This document shows positions 1-18,599 of a stretch of DNA of 64,000 bases, one piece after another. The position numbers were made by a program, and so were the translations under genes. The stretch spans positions 339,946,001-340,010,000 of the forward strand of contig OZ024740.1 of the NCBI GenBank assembly GCA_964016885.1. Reading direction: 5' to 3'. The stretch's first letter is position 1, and every line of letters begins with the position of its first letter. The stretch is from Eledone cirrhosa (Eukaryota). The notes beneath the pieces are model-generated. The model did not search any database and was not told the origin of the DNA. It saw only the letters and a list, made by a program, of their open reading frames with translations.

Positions 1-250
1 TGATACCACAAAAAATGAACCCAATACATTCTGTAAATTTGGAAGTGCAGGTACCATGATAAAATGCACCCAGTACACGCTACAGAGTGGTTGGTGTTAG
101 GAAGGGCATCCAGCTGTAGAAACTATCCTAAAATATAGTACATAGGAGCAATATGCAGTTTCTCCAACCTATCTAGTCTGAGACCATGACAAACTCTCCA
201 ACCCATGCCAGCATGCAAAGCAAATGTAAAATGATGATGATGATGATGAT
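1..250 (+). mobile_element. RTE-3'UTR-related short repeat (SINE or truncated LINE) with (GAT)n tail
   Basis: GGTGTTAGGAAGGGCATCCAGCTGTAGAAA motif and ..AAATGATGATGAT tail match the 3' UTR of the RTE at 45240-45578; related copies recur at ~18280-18600, 42665-42870, 58235-58590 and elsewhere. Confidence 0.75.
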
Positions 251-282
251 ATGACAACCCATATATCTCTTTGTTTTTGCAG

Positions 283-665
283 GTATCTCCATCCCAGCCA
301 TTGATGAAATGAGTAAATTCCTCATTATCACAACTTGTACATTTGGATTTGTCTTCCTCTGTCTGGTGATCTTCATGTACCTTCAGTACCAGCGTCAGCA
401 ACGGAAAGCTAGTAATCTCAAAGCAGCACCTACCCCAAGAAATACAACAACGAGCGTGTACGTCGCTCCGCCCCCTTTCCCTCGTGTCAAGCCAGTCAAT
501 GGCAGTTTTGAGACACGAGACTACATGTATGTCCATGAGTATGAAGACATAGAGAATGCTTCGCAGGTATCAAAGATGCCAAACCCTAATATAGATGCAC
601 TTTATCGAATTCCGCCACATATGCAGCGAAGACTGGCTTCCACAGAAAATATCTATGATGACTGA
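283..665 (+). CDS. terminal exon of a single-pass membrane protein (TM + Tyr-motif cytoplasmic tail); upstream exons lie outside the window
   Basis: Acceptor ctctttgtttttgcAG at 281-282, phase 1. Reads xISIPAIDEMSK-FLIITTCTFGFVFLCLVIFMYL (TM)-QYQRQQRK (basic stop-transfer), then a tail with YVAP, YMYV, YEDI, YRIP and NIYDD*. Confidence 0.75.
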
Positions 666-724
666 AGAGAGTTAACCATGCTCATTTGCATATATTACAT
701 CCATACCTAACAATTTGAATAATT

Positions 725-6068
<5,344 letters not shown>

Positions 6069-6289
6069 TAATTCTGTAGTCAACAAAATCTAAACTTTGG
6101 CCACCCTCTCTTTAACAAGACAGACAAGCATTCCTATATATTTATACCTTATTGTTATAACTTTAATCACTTCAGTTACCTTCCATATATCCTGTTGTTG
6201 ATGAAAAGTAGGTAGTATTGCTTACATTTCTGGGCATCTTGAGCAGTTCTTCTTCAGCTCAAACTCTTTTTAGTTCTGTCTCTCTCTCA

Positions 6290-7330
6290 TTTGACCACTG
6301 TTTCTTATTAGTCTACTGTCTCACTTAACTGGCTCTTTAGACCACTATTTCTTTAGATCACTGTCTCTTTAGACGACTGTCTTATTAAACCACTGTCATA
6401 TTAGACCACTGTCTCACTAAACCAGTGTCTCTTTAGACTACTGTCTCTTTAGACCACTATCTCATTAAACTACCATCTCTTTAAACAGCAGTCTCACTAG
6501 GCTATTGTCTCATTTGACTCCTGCCTCATTAGATCTTTGTCTCATGAGAGCACTGTTTCACAAAACTACTATTTCTTTAGACTACTCTCTCATTAGACCA
6601 GTTTCACTAGACCACTGTTTCACTAGACTATTGGCTCATTAGTATACTCTCTTGTTAGACTACTATCTCTATAGACTACTATCTCTTTAGACTACTATCT
6701 CTATAGACTACTATCTCTATAGACTACTATCTCTATAGATTACTATCTCTATAGACTACTATCTCTATAGACTACTATCTCTATAGACTACTATCTCTAT
6801 AGACTACTATCTCTATAGACTACTATCTCTATAGACTACTATCTCTATAGACTACTATCTCTATAGACTACTATCTCTTTAGACTACTATCTCTATAGAC
6901 TACTATCTCTATAGACTACTATCTCTTTAGACTACTATCTCTATAGACTACTATCTCTATAGACTACTATCTCTATAGACTACTATCTCTATAGACTACT
7001 ATCTCTATAGACTACTATCTCTATAGACTACTATCTCTATAGACTACTATCTCTATAGACTACTATCTCTTTAGACTACTATCTCTATAGACTACTATCT
7101 CTATAGACTACTATCTCTTTAGACTACTATCTCTATAGACTACTATCTCTATAGACTACTATCTCTTTAGACTACTATCTCTATAGACTACTATCTCTAT
7201 AGACTACTATCTCTTTAGACTACTATCTCTATAGACTACTATCTCTTTAGACTACTATCTCTATAGACTACTATCTCTTTAGACTACTATCTCTATAGAC
7301 TACTATCTCCTTGGCCCACTGTCTACTTTG
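6290..7330. repeat. 16-bp minisatellite (AGACTACTATCTCTAT / ..CTCTTT)
   Basis: About 40 near-perfect units at ~6655-7310, preceded by degenerate units (AGACCACTGTCTCTTT-like) from ~6290. Confidence 0.95.
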
Positions 7331-8257
7331 ACCATTAACTCCCACATACAGTATATCTTTCAGTATTTCTATAACTCACAAAATCTGAATGAAAATATTC
7401 CCAATTGAATTTATGACCATTGAACTATGTGCAATCTCAGTATCTTTGTATTGGTCCACTCTGTCAGTGTATGTGTTGGTTGGTACCACCATTGGAGATT
7501 GTGTGCTGGTACCACTACAGTATTTCTGTTACTTAATGTTATTTAAAAGAGCCATTGTCTTCTAAGTGAGTTCCAATCCAGTTGCAGTATTGTCATTTGG
7601 TCTCCAGTATTGCAATATAATGGCTGTGTCTTAATAAACAACACCTCAATACAATCTGAATAGTACAGATGTGATAAGGTTTTCACTGCCTGTAAATATG
7701 TACGCATGGTTTTAGGTTAAGCCTAGCTCAGTGAATGTCTGCTCCTTTAATTCAATAAAGCTTGTCCAGGTTTGTTTGTTTTTGTTTCTTTTTCTTTGTC
7801 TTCACCTTTTACTTCTGAACAAAGAAGGTCTGGGCATTTGAGTGATGGTCATAAACTGAAGTGTTTTGTTTCACACTTACATATACATCTGTGTAGCATA
7901 AACCACCCTTACGAAGATTATTGATAACATGAAAAACATCCTAAATTTACTTGTTGCTATGACACAGTGGTTCATATGGAAAACAGTTACATGCAAAATA
8001 AGGCATTAGAATTTGTAACTGAACATAGTGAACTACATTACCAAACATAGACATACATGCACACACACATATATATATATATATAAATATGTACATGTAT
8101 GTATGTATATTTATATATTTATATGTACATGTATGTATATATTTGTATATGTGTGTATATGTGTGTGTGTGTATATATATAAATATATATGTATATGTAT
8201 GTATATATATATAATATATATATATGTGTATGTATATATGTGTGTGTATATAATATG

Positions 8258-8427
<170 letters not shown>

Positions 8428-8428
8428 A

Positions 8429-8478
<50 letters not shown>

Positions 8479-8575
8479 TATGTATGTGTGTGTGTGTGTA
8501 TATATATATATATTTTATATATATATATATATACATACATATATGTGTATATATATATAAAATATATATATATAT

Positions 8576-8614
<39 letters not shown>

Positions 8615-9262
8615 CGTACATATGTATGAGATATTTGTCCCCAGGTTCAAGAACTCGTGCCAGTTACACAGGTGTACTGCTACGTGTTAAACTAAAAGCA
8701 GGCAGTTCTCACCCAAACCCCATACCGAATATCAGTGAGTATAAAACGGTACTTGACTGATTCCAAGGTGGGGAACCTTCAGCTTCTGTTAATTTCTATT
8801 GATGCTATATATGTATATATATCTGTGTATATATATCTATATATATAGAGAGAATATGATATAAATTATCAAAAATATATATATCAAAATAAAACCAAAT
8901 TAACTTTGAAAAAATGATTTGAATTAACCATTCTTCCTGATCTTCCAGCCCCTAATTCACACACAAATATTAATCCTTCAATGTTTGGCCTCTTATTATT
9001 TCTCCCTCTTCTTTTTTTTTTCTTTTTGGTTTTAAACTACTGGTGTTCTATGACCTCATGACCACACACACACACAACATACAATACAGACAACATAAAA
9101 TACACACACACACACACTGACACACATACACATAAACACAATCACACCACCTACAAATAAGATGAAAAGACTAGAAAACATTTTTTTTTAATGTTCTAGG
9201 TCAAGAGGTGGTGTGGTATAGTGTGTTGTTGTTGGTCTGTGTTGTCAACAGAACTTGTTAAT

Positions 9263-9297
<35 letters not shown>

Positions 9298-9879
9298 CAT
9301 GGTGGTCGTGAGGGGGTTGTTGTTTTTTTTGTCCAAAGCTATCACCAAAAAAAACAGGATTGCTGAATTTTTCTCTGGTTGCCCTTATTTGTTTGCTAAA
9401 ATCTTCTCACATCATCTCATCATCATCCCTCCCTCCACTATATATCTTTGACAACAATGATGTGTAATAATGACAGCAACAGCAACAACAATGACAATAA
9501 TAATAATAATAGTTGATGTTGTTATCGCTGTTATAATATTTTTTAATATATTTGTCTTTTCTTTTAATGCGACCCAATATACTTGTCTTTTCTCCTTTGT
9601 TACACCTTCATATCTTAACCAAAATCAAGTTCTATGTTTTATGTAAGACAAACATTTTTGTCAATACCATTCAATACCATTTCAATACACTTTTTGATTT
9701 GGACGTTTTCTCATATTTTTTTTAAAACTGGATACACATTTTTTCCAATAATTACAATAATTATTCATTCCAAACCTATTTCTCCCGTAGAACCACAAAT
9801 TCCTGGTGTACATGCATGCATGCATACATACATACGCACATAGACAGACACATACACACTCACATGCACATACATGGAG

Positions 9880-10180
9880 AGATGCTGTGCTGAATAGGAC
9901 CCGTCCAACCCTTGCAAGCAGGGAAAAGCGGACGTAAAATGATGATGATGATATATATCATCATCATCATCATCATCAGGTTTAGCGTCCGTGTTCCACG
10001 CTTGCATGGGTTTGGACGGGGGTTTTCCCACTTGAGGCAAGAGTGGTTGTCTTGCTCGCATAGGACTGTCTGGCGGGTTTTCTACAGTTGGATGCCCTTC
10101 CTAACACCAACCACATTTACAGTGTGGGGCTGGGAGGTTTTTACCGTGTTGCCTACACGGCCACATTACAGCGTGGACTG
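9880..10180. mobile_element. two RTE 3'-UTR fragments tail-to-tail
   Basis: + tail ..GGACGTAAAATGATGATG joined through TATATA to a - copy (CATCATC..CCACGCTTGCATGGGTTTGGACGGG..) nearly identical to 38108-38330. Confidence 0.8.
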
Positions 10181-10474
10181 TCTATATATATATTTGTGTG
10201 TATGTTTCCTAATCATCAAAAATTAATGCTACCATTCCAAATTTCCAAATGCACATTCTAAGAGTTCTTCAGATCACTAGTGGATGTCATCACAATTTGC
10301 CTGAACAAGACTGTCAGTGGTTCTGTCCATAAACATGACTATTTTCTACTTGAATTCATGTTCAACATTTTATTAGTGGCCCATTCCTCCCAAGCATTGT
10401 GAGATGGTCACAGGTGATTCAGATGTGAACACAAATATATATGTGTGTGTGTATGTGTGATTTATACATATATG

Positions 10475-10780
10475 TGAAAGCACATGGCTTAGTGATTAGG
10501 GTGTTTAGCTTGATTCCTAGAGTAATGGATTGTGTTCTTAAACAAAATGCTTTATTGCTCCTGTGCACATATTGCTGGCAAAAATGACTTGTAACTGGAA
10601 TTCATGAGGCTAGTCTTGTCACACATTATTCCATGCTGAATCTCCCTGATAATTACATTAAGGGTGAATCTGTATGTGGAATTCTCAGCCACTTACACAT
10701 TAATTTCATGAGCAGACAGTTCCATTGATTGAATCAACTGGTGCACTCATTGTCAGAATTGACAAAGGTCCAACAACAAT
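10475..10780 (+). mobile_element. tRNA-derived SINE (second family); another copy at ~32500-33070
   Basis: A-box-like TGGCTTAGTG head. The body AATTACATTAAGG..CAGCCACTT.CAC.TTAATTT..GCAG is shared with 32690-33050. Confidence 0.6.
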
Positions 10781-12146
10781 AATAAAACTATTGATGAGTC
10801 TATCTATTTACTATGTCTATCTTCCAGCTTTAACCACTTTTTAACCATCTTTGCCTCCTTTCATTCTAATACTACAAAAGCACAGATAAACTGGCAAAAT
10901 GGTAGAGTTGTTAGAACATTGGTCAAACAAAATTATTTGTGGTGTTTGTTCCAGCTCTCTGCACTCTGAGTTCAAATATAAGATTGACTTTGGTTTTCAT
11001 CCTTTCAGAATTAATAAAATAAAGAACCAGCCCAGGACAGCAGTGAATTGGCAGAATAGTTAGTGTTGAACTAGCTGTCTAGTAATATTTGGCTCTTTCC
11101 ATTCTGAGTTCAAATCCTGCTGTGACCTACTTGAGTGGAAGACTTAATTTGTGGTTACCTGGTTTACCACCATCTCCTGGCCATTCATTGCCTTTATCAT
11201 GCATTCAGTCCAAGTCACTGGTTTGATGATACTTTCCTTCCTTCCTCTTTCTCTCCCATGAGTTTCAGAGGCTCTGAAAAGGTTTATGGTCACTGCCATT
11301 CTCTTCTTGATTAAACAGTAAAAAGAAAAAAAAGAAATGTGTACATGACACCACAGATATAGATGGCGCTCTAAGTTTGTCTCACAATTCCTGTACTATC
11401 CTCACTTATTGACTCCAACTGTGATTTAACCATGGATATTGTTACTGACAATATGTCCCCACAATAATCACTCCTCAATTTCCACAATCTAATTCATTGA
11501 ACTACCATCATATGAGAATCTTTTCATATATTTCTTCATCTGAAGTCAGTTGGTCTGCTACTGCTGATTTAGAAGTTCTCACTACAACCACCTTATGCCT
11601 TCCAATTCCACAGATTCTGCTATCATACCATATATTATTTCAAATATGCATACATCATCTATTTACAACCAGATCACCTCAGTTTGTCTCCCTACTGCAG
11701 ATCTATGACAGAAAAGAATAAAGTGCAGTAACTGTAGAACAATAACTCTGCAAATTGGTCTTTTTGATGTTACTAATGAAGACAATGTGAGTCATATACA
11801 TACATATATGCATACAAACATACATACATACATACATACATACATACATACATACATACATACATACATACATACATACATACATACATACATACATACA
11901 TACATACATTTTATTTCATTGAGGTAAACTAGTTCTGTGATGAATTTGTCTGTAACAGAACACCATTCAACAATATTGTATATGTACATGTGTGTGTATA
12001 TATGAATATCATAATTTAATGCCCAACACTGGGTTACATATGTTAAATGAAAATTCTGTTTATATATACACTTGCTATACATAGATATATATGTTCGGAT
12101 CTAGCTGTTAAAACAGCAGGAGCTCGGCCGTCGGGGTCCCAAATCC

Positions 12147-12195
<49 letters not shown>

Positions 12196-12498
12196 CTTTG
12201 ACATACAAATATTCCAGTTAGTCAATCATGTCTTTCTCCTTTGAGTATTTCTCTGTCACTCATGCCCTAATAGTAAGCCACAGACAAAGCCCACATGATA
12301 AAATGTGCCATAAGGCTGGACCATCAAATCCTAGACACAGTCAATTAGTCTTCCAAAAAGTTTCCATTTATCCATTTTCACTCACAAGGCTATAGTTACC
12401 TGATTTTATGATAGAAGATATTCGCCATTTTATATATGTAACTGGGATCAACAATTAGGTAGTGTGATTCCTACCCAACCTATTGGCCCAATTTCGTC

Positions 12499-12534
<36 letters not shown>

Positions 12535-13868
12535 CACACACATACATAAACACACACACACATATTTACCCATTCATATGCATATATATGTATACATTAT
12601 CTATGTCTACATTGTTTGTATTTAAACAAAGCATTCATACAGTTATGAAAAGTGCATGAAAGAGCATAAAATGTGAGTACTCATATTCTTATATAAATGT
12701 AAACATATTTTAACAAAAGATTGATGTCTAACAATTATTGACTGTTAACTAGCAATGAATTTGCAAATACATATGTATACATTTTTGGAATTTTATTGAT
12801 ATGTACTCACTGTAATATCATTGCAGCACTTATGAGCCTCCATACTTGAAACTTTTTATAAATGCTTAGCTGATTGTCTACTGATAAAATAGTCCATTTA
12901 AATAGTTCTCTTCTCTGCTCTATCTCCCAACAGCAATGTATCAAAATCTTAACATACTATAGAGGACAAGGGTTTTTTTTGTGGGGGGGGGGGGGGGGGG
13001 GCTGTCCCTTTACAGCTAAGTTTCAAAGCCTTAGAACCCTGAACCCCTGCCATGTATACCCAAACTATAGGTCTCTGCATAAAAATCACTGAAAGAAATG
13101 ATATTTATCAATTAAGCCTAAGAAAAGATAATAAATGTATGAACTTGACAAAAATCACAGCAATGCTTTACATCAAAGCAATGATGCAATCCAATCCCTG
13201 GTTTATACAGAAAGTTGTGTGTAAAACACTCATAAACAGAAGTTCATTGCAGAACAGAATACTGGGATGGCAGTATATAGTCAAACATCATTGAGACTGG
13301 AATATCAAGCTAGCAGAATATAATAAAATATCGTTGCGACTGGAATACCAAGTTAACAAGATAAAATCAAATGTTGTTAGTACTAAAAAAACAGAGCTGA
13401 TAGGCTCAAAAACATTAAATTATTATAGAGGACAAGCTTTAGATCCTGTCTCCTTAGTTATTTGTCAGTACTATGATATTAGTCAATGTCCTAAAATACT
13501 ACATACAACAGATATGTGTGACTGTCAAAAAACATTACTGAGGATAGGGTTTTAAGTCTGGCATCTCTATAGATGTGTGTGGAAGTCCTAACTCTCTACA
13601 AGAGAGATTTTGAGTTTTACTTTTATTACATATATATATATATATATACATGTCCTAAAATTCTGCAAAACACAGGGTTTTAAGTCCTCTACATACAGAT
13701 ATTTTATGTCCTACCTCTATAAAGATATGTGTCAATATTCTAAAATACTACAGAAGACATGGCTTTTATGTATGTAGGCATTTGTATATATGTATATGTA
13801 CATGTGCATATGTATATGTTTGTATAATATATATATCATATATATAATGTGTGTGTGTATGTGTGTGG

Positions 13869-13929
<61 letters not shown>

Positions 13930-14050
13930 TATATATAGATATATTTATATATATATATATATATTTCACCTTATATATCATCTTTGTGCACCCAGAACAT
14001 TAGAATAAGTAGAGTACAGCATCTGTTATTATCCCTTACTACTGCTACTG

Positions 14051-14099
<49 letters not shown>

Positions 14100-14294
14100 C
14101 ACCACCACCACCAATCACCTATAATGAGCAGTACTGTCTTTTCTTTGGTTACAACCAATTTCAGATTAGCCGCCCAGTGAAATATTTACATATACACACA
14201 TATATATAGGTGTATGTGTGTGTGAGTTTATATGTATATATATTTACATATATAGATATATATATATATACATATATATATATACATACACATA

Positions 14295-14334
<40 letters not shown>

Positions 14335-14408
14335 CATACATATACATATAGATATATATACATATATATATGTATACATACATATACATATAGATATATA
14401 TACATATA

Positions 14409-14457
<49 letters not shown>

Positions 14458-14487
14458 TTAATAACCTCCGATTCAACCCGGAATAAC

Positions 14488-14544
<57 letters not shown>

Positions 14545-14552
14545 ATGGTATA

Positions 14553-14592
<40 letters not shown>

Positions 14593-14594
14593 TA

Positions 14595-14625
<31 letters not shown>

Positions 14626-14712
14626 ACATATATATATATATACATATATATATACATATATATATGTGTATATATATATATGTGTGTATATATATGTGTA
14701 TATATATATATA

Positions 14713-14748
<36 letters not shown>

Positions 14749-14826
14749 ACGAAGGAGTTGTGGTAAGGAACCAGATGGACCATAACGCACCAGAGTACTC
14801 AATGCTTAGGGTAGTAGAGTGGGTAA

Positions 14827-14922
14827 TAGGAAAAGGTATGACTCCGACGGCAGAGCTGAAGACGTTTCGACGGAAATAGCCATCGAAACGGCTTGAGCTC
14901 TGCCATCGGGGTCATACATTTT

Positions 14923-14926
<4 letters not shown>
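14827..14926. repeat. imperfect ~47-bp inverted repeat, probable Penelope-like element terminus
   Basis: TAGGAAAAGGTATGACTCCGACGGCAGAGCTGAAGACGTTTCGACGG pairs with CCATCGAAACGGCTTGAGCTCTGCCATCGGGGTCATACATTTTCCTA; embedded in (TA)n. Confidence 0.8.
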
Positions 14927-15000
<74 letters not shown>

Positions 15001-15162
15001 CACATATATATATATGTATATATATATATACACATATATATATATATATGTATATATATACATATATATATGTGTATATATATATACACATATATATATA
15101 TATATGTATATATATACATATATATATGTGTATATATATATACACATATATATATATATATG

Positions 15163-15193
<31 letters not shown>

Positions 15194-15237
15194 TTATACA
15201 CATATATATATACACACACATATATATATATACACAC

Positions 15238-15277
<40 letters not shown>

Positions 15278-15321
15278 ATATATATATATATACACATATA
15301 TATATACATATATATATATAT

Positions 15322-15398
<77 letters not shown>

Positions 15399-15466
15399 TA
15401 AGTTATTCCGGGTTGAATTGGAGGTAACCACAGTAAGTAAGGTACTCAATACATACCAGAGTATAA

Positions 15467-15604
15467 AAGTTTTAATATAGATGAGATTCTACAGGACTAG
15501 AACTGTTTCATTCTTTAGAAATCATCAGGAATCTGGCGCAAGAATCTGATGATTTCTAAAGAATGAAACAGTTCTAGTCCTGTAGAATCTCATCTATATT
15601 AAAA

Positions 15605-15607
<3 letters not shown>
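15467..15607. repeat. perfect 62-bp inverted repeat containing hammerhead-like cores
   Basis: Arms 15467-15528 and 15546-15607, 17-nt spacer. Each arm reads CTGATGA-tttctaaagaat-GAAA-cagttc outward. Confidence 0.9.
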
Positions 15608-15650
<43 letters not shown>

Positions 15651-16035
15651 TATATATATATATACACACACATATATACATGTGACTTTTATATAAACAT
15701 ACTTAAACAAAATACTTTAATCAACACTAGATGACAAATCTTCCAACAGCTCCACCTGTCGGGGTTTTCTTCAATTGAACTCTCTATGCATATAGAGGTA
15801 TAAAAGTTCATGTTGGTAGATTGTAGCCTGGCCAGTTTAATTGAGGTCCCTTTTCTACATACAGGTTTTTCTACAGGAATACTTAGTAAGTCAGTCTCTG
15901 CATGTAATTACATGGAACTAAGATACAATTCTAAAATTGAATCTACATATTGTATTTCAACTTTCTGAACATTCCTTTATTGTTGGTAGTAGATATATAG
16001 TTCAACATTGACTATGTAATCCTTCTCTATGTTAT

Positions 16036-16126
16036 TGTTCACTGTGTAATTGTTCACTATGTAGTTGTTCACTGTGTACTTGTTCACTATGTTATCGTTC
16101 ACTGTGTACTTGTTCAGTGTGTAATT
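16036..16126. repeat. 15-bp tandem repeat (TGTTCACTRTGTANT) x6
   Basis: Seen directly; degenerate copies continue to ~16360. Confidence 0.85.
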
Positions 16127-16374
16127 GCCAATAGAATTGTCAATAGAAAATAATTCAAGGTTCACAGGTTCACTATATGTCTGTAAACAGTAATATCAGT
16201 AAACAGTCAGTAAATGTTCAGATTGACCATGTAATTGTCAATGTTCATGGGTCCCCTATACATCCGTAGACAACAGGTCAGTGTTCACAGATACGCTATC
16301 TAATTTCCAGTAAACAGTATGTTAAAGATCACTATGTATTCATCAGTAAACAGTAGGTTAATATTCTCTATGTA

Positions 16375-16588
16375 CCGTATATCTTCGAATATAAGTCGAG
16401 GAATATGTGACCAAAAAAATCGATGGTAAAATGGGGAGGGTGCTTATATTCACCATCTAAACACAATGTGTTGATTAGCTGCTTCAGCTTATAAACAGGA
16501 GTTTGGATTTTTTCCCATTTCTCAGACATAAAATAGAAGGGGAGGGGTCAGCTAATATTCGAATCAATTTTTGTTCGTGTATATACGA
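16375..16588. mobile_element. pogo/Tigger-type MITE (degenerate)
   Basis: TA|CCGTATATCTTCGAATATAAGTCGA ... TTCGTGTATATACGA|TA: imperfect terminal inverted repeats with TA duplications. Confidence 0.6.
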
Positions 16589-17027
16589 TAATTGTCAGTA
16601 AACTTGAGATCAAGGTTGACAAGTTCCCTGTGTAATATATACTGCAATGGTTTCTGTAGAAGTTACTTCCTGATATCGTATTTCTTGGGAATTGCAAATA
16701 CATAATATAAAACAAACAAATATAATATGATAGCTTTAACAACAATGAGGATGATGATGATGATGATGAGGTGGATCATGAGGAGAAGGAGGAGAAAAAT
16801 GATGATGATTTTGATGATTTAAAAAAAAAAAAAAGATATCCTTTCCTTTTGTAAAAAGTTCTATTTCTATTTGTTTTTCAGTCCACAAGATATACTTTTG
16901 TTTTTTGTTGTTTTTTTTCTCTTTCAATATGACTGTATCCAGGAATATCAAAGCTGAGAATTAATAAAAACATTCTTTCAATCAAATTCTTGTTATTGTT
17001 TATTTCATTATTAGCAGTCAAAAGGGT

Positions 17028-17250
17028 GGTGGATGGCAGAATTGGTAGAGCGTCAAACACCATGCTTTACAGCATGGAGTTACGTCCCTTTGCGTTCTGA
17101 GTTCAAATCCTGCCGAGGTTTGCTTTGCTTTGCCTTTTATCCTGACAGGGTCGATAAAATAAAGTACCAGTAATGCACTGGGGTCGATTTAATCGACTTT
17201 CTCCTCCCCACCAAAATTAATGGCCTTATGCCTAAAATAGAAATCATTAT
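17028..17250 (+). mobile_element. tRNA-derived SINE with Meta-type core
   Basis: A-box TGGCAGAATTGG, B-box GAGTTCAAATCC, core TTGCCTTTTATCC..GGGTCGATAAAATAAAGTACCAG. Other copies at ~10890-11030(+), 24960-25190(-), 34585-34750(-), 50580-50730(-), 61250-61440(-), 62590-62800(+). Confidence 0.85.
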
Positions 17251-17623
17251 TAACAGCCAGAAATAGAAATCCTCTATTTTAAAAAACTTCTTCCTGGCTC
17301 ACGCTCACTATGCAATCAGTGAAGAACATTTGACCACCTGAGAACAAGAACGAAGCAATTAAAGGTGTTTTGTCAAATGGAGTTACAGAACAGGCTCAGC
17401 CATCAGTGAATCAGGAGAAGAAAAACCAGATAATGGAGAATTACCTTGTGCGCGCTCTGTTAACCAAACCATGCAACACAAAAGACTTTGCAGCTCAAAA
17501 AATATTGCAGGCTTCATTGAAAAATCAAAAAACTGTGTAGGGAGGTGGAAAGATGTTAAACTGTGCTTCAAGGAGGAGGAGGAAACCACTGCCTCCACCA
17601 CAAGTTATCTGTGGATCCTTTAA

Positions 17624-17819
17624 CTCGTTAGCATTTAAACCAGTCATATCCAGCATCTCTTTCTGTTCAAACTGGCCATAACTGGCTGCTCATGCTTGTG
17701 TTAAGGTATTGTTCTCAAAATAAATATCAAAATCTCATAGATTTGATATTATGTGAGATGGTAAATCCTTTACCATGGAAATGTAATAGTAAATATAGAG
17801 TAATGTAAATACTAAAGGG
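17624..17819. mobile_element. piggyBac-type MITE
   Basis: TTAA|CTCGTTAGCATTTA ... TAAATACTAAAGGG|TTAA; interior homologous to 32742-32962. Confidence 0.8.
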
Positions 17820-18046
17820 TTAAGCAATGTCCCATTTCTAGTGCAATAGATACATGTTTGCTTTGTAGTGTTGTTAATTATTCTTTCTATGCAAGATCAA
17901 ACAGTTATTTGAAGTATTTTACAACCACATAGTTTCAGGTTTGATTCCACTGTGTGGTACCTTGAGCAAGTTTTGTCTACTATAGCATTAGGCTGGCCAA
18001 TGCATTGTGAGTGAAAATTAGTCAGTGAAAACTGCAGAAGCCCATG

Positions 18047-18079
<33 letters not shown>

Positions 18080-18599
18080 CATATGAATAAATTAGGGACC
18101 CCGAAGGCTGAGCTCCTGTCATTTCAATAGCTAGTATCAGAACATGGTAAAATTAGAGGATACTAGTATATATAACTTTGATTGCACAAATGGGAAAAAG
18201 GAAATTCAATACAGAAAGTAGATTGATATACACATATATATATAAACTCCGCCCCCCACACACACCTCCCACCAAAATCCCCAGCCCATACTGTAAAGTG
18301 GTCGTGACATGACAAAAATACCCGGCCCGCACTGTAAAGTGGTCATGTAGGTGTCACGACAAAAAGCACCCAGCCCACACCATAAAGTGGCTGATTAGGA
18401 TCACGACAAAAGCACCCAGTACATGCTGTAAATTTGGTTTGCATTAGGAAGGGCATCCAGCTGTAGAAACCAAGCCAAAATCAGTTCTATATGAGCAAGA
18501 CACTGTCATCTGACCCAGCATTTCCCACAACAGGACAACTCGTCTAACCCATGCTAGCGTGGAAAAAATGGACATTAAACAGTGATGAAGGTGATGATA

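Noticed and set aside
6655-7310. CRISPR-like regular array
   Set aside because: Contiguous 16-bp units with no spacers, in a eukaryotic context
14848-14904. Complete type I hammerhead on + (ggcagag-CTGAAGA..GAAA..ctctgcc)
   Set aside because: The pairing comes from the inverted duplication itself; six extra nucleotides separate the core from any stem II, and the long hairpin would dominate folding
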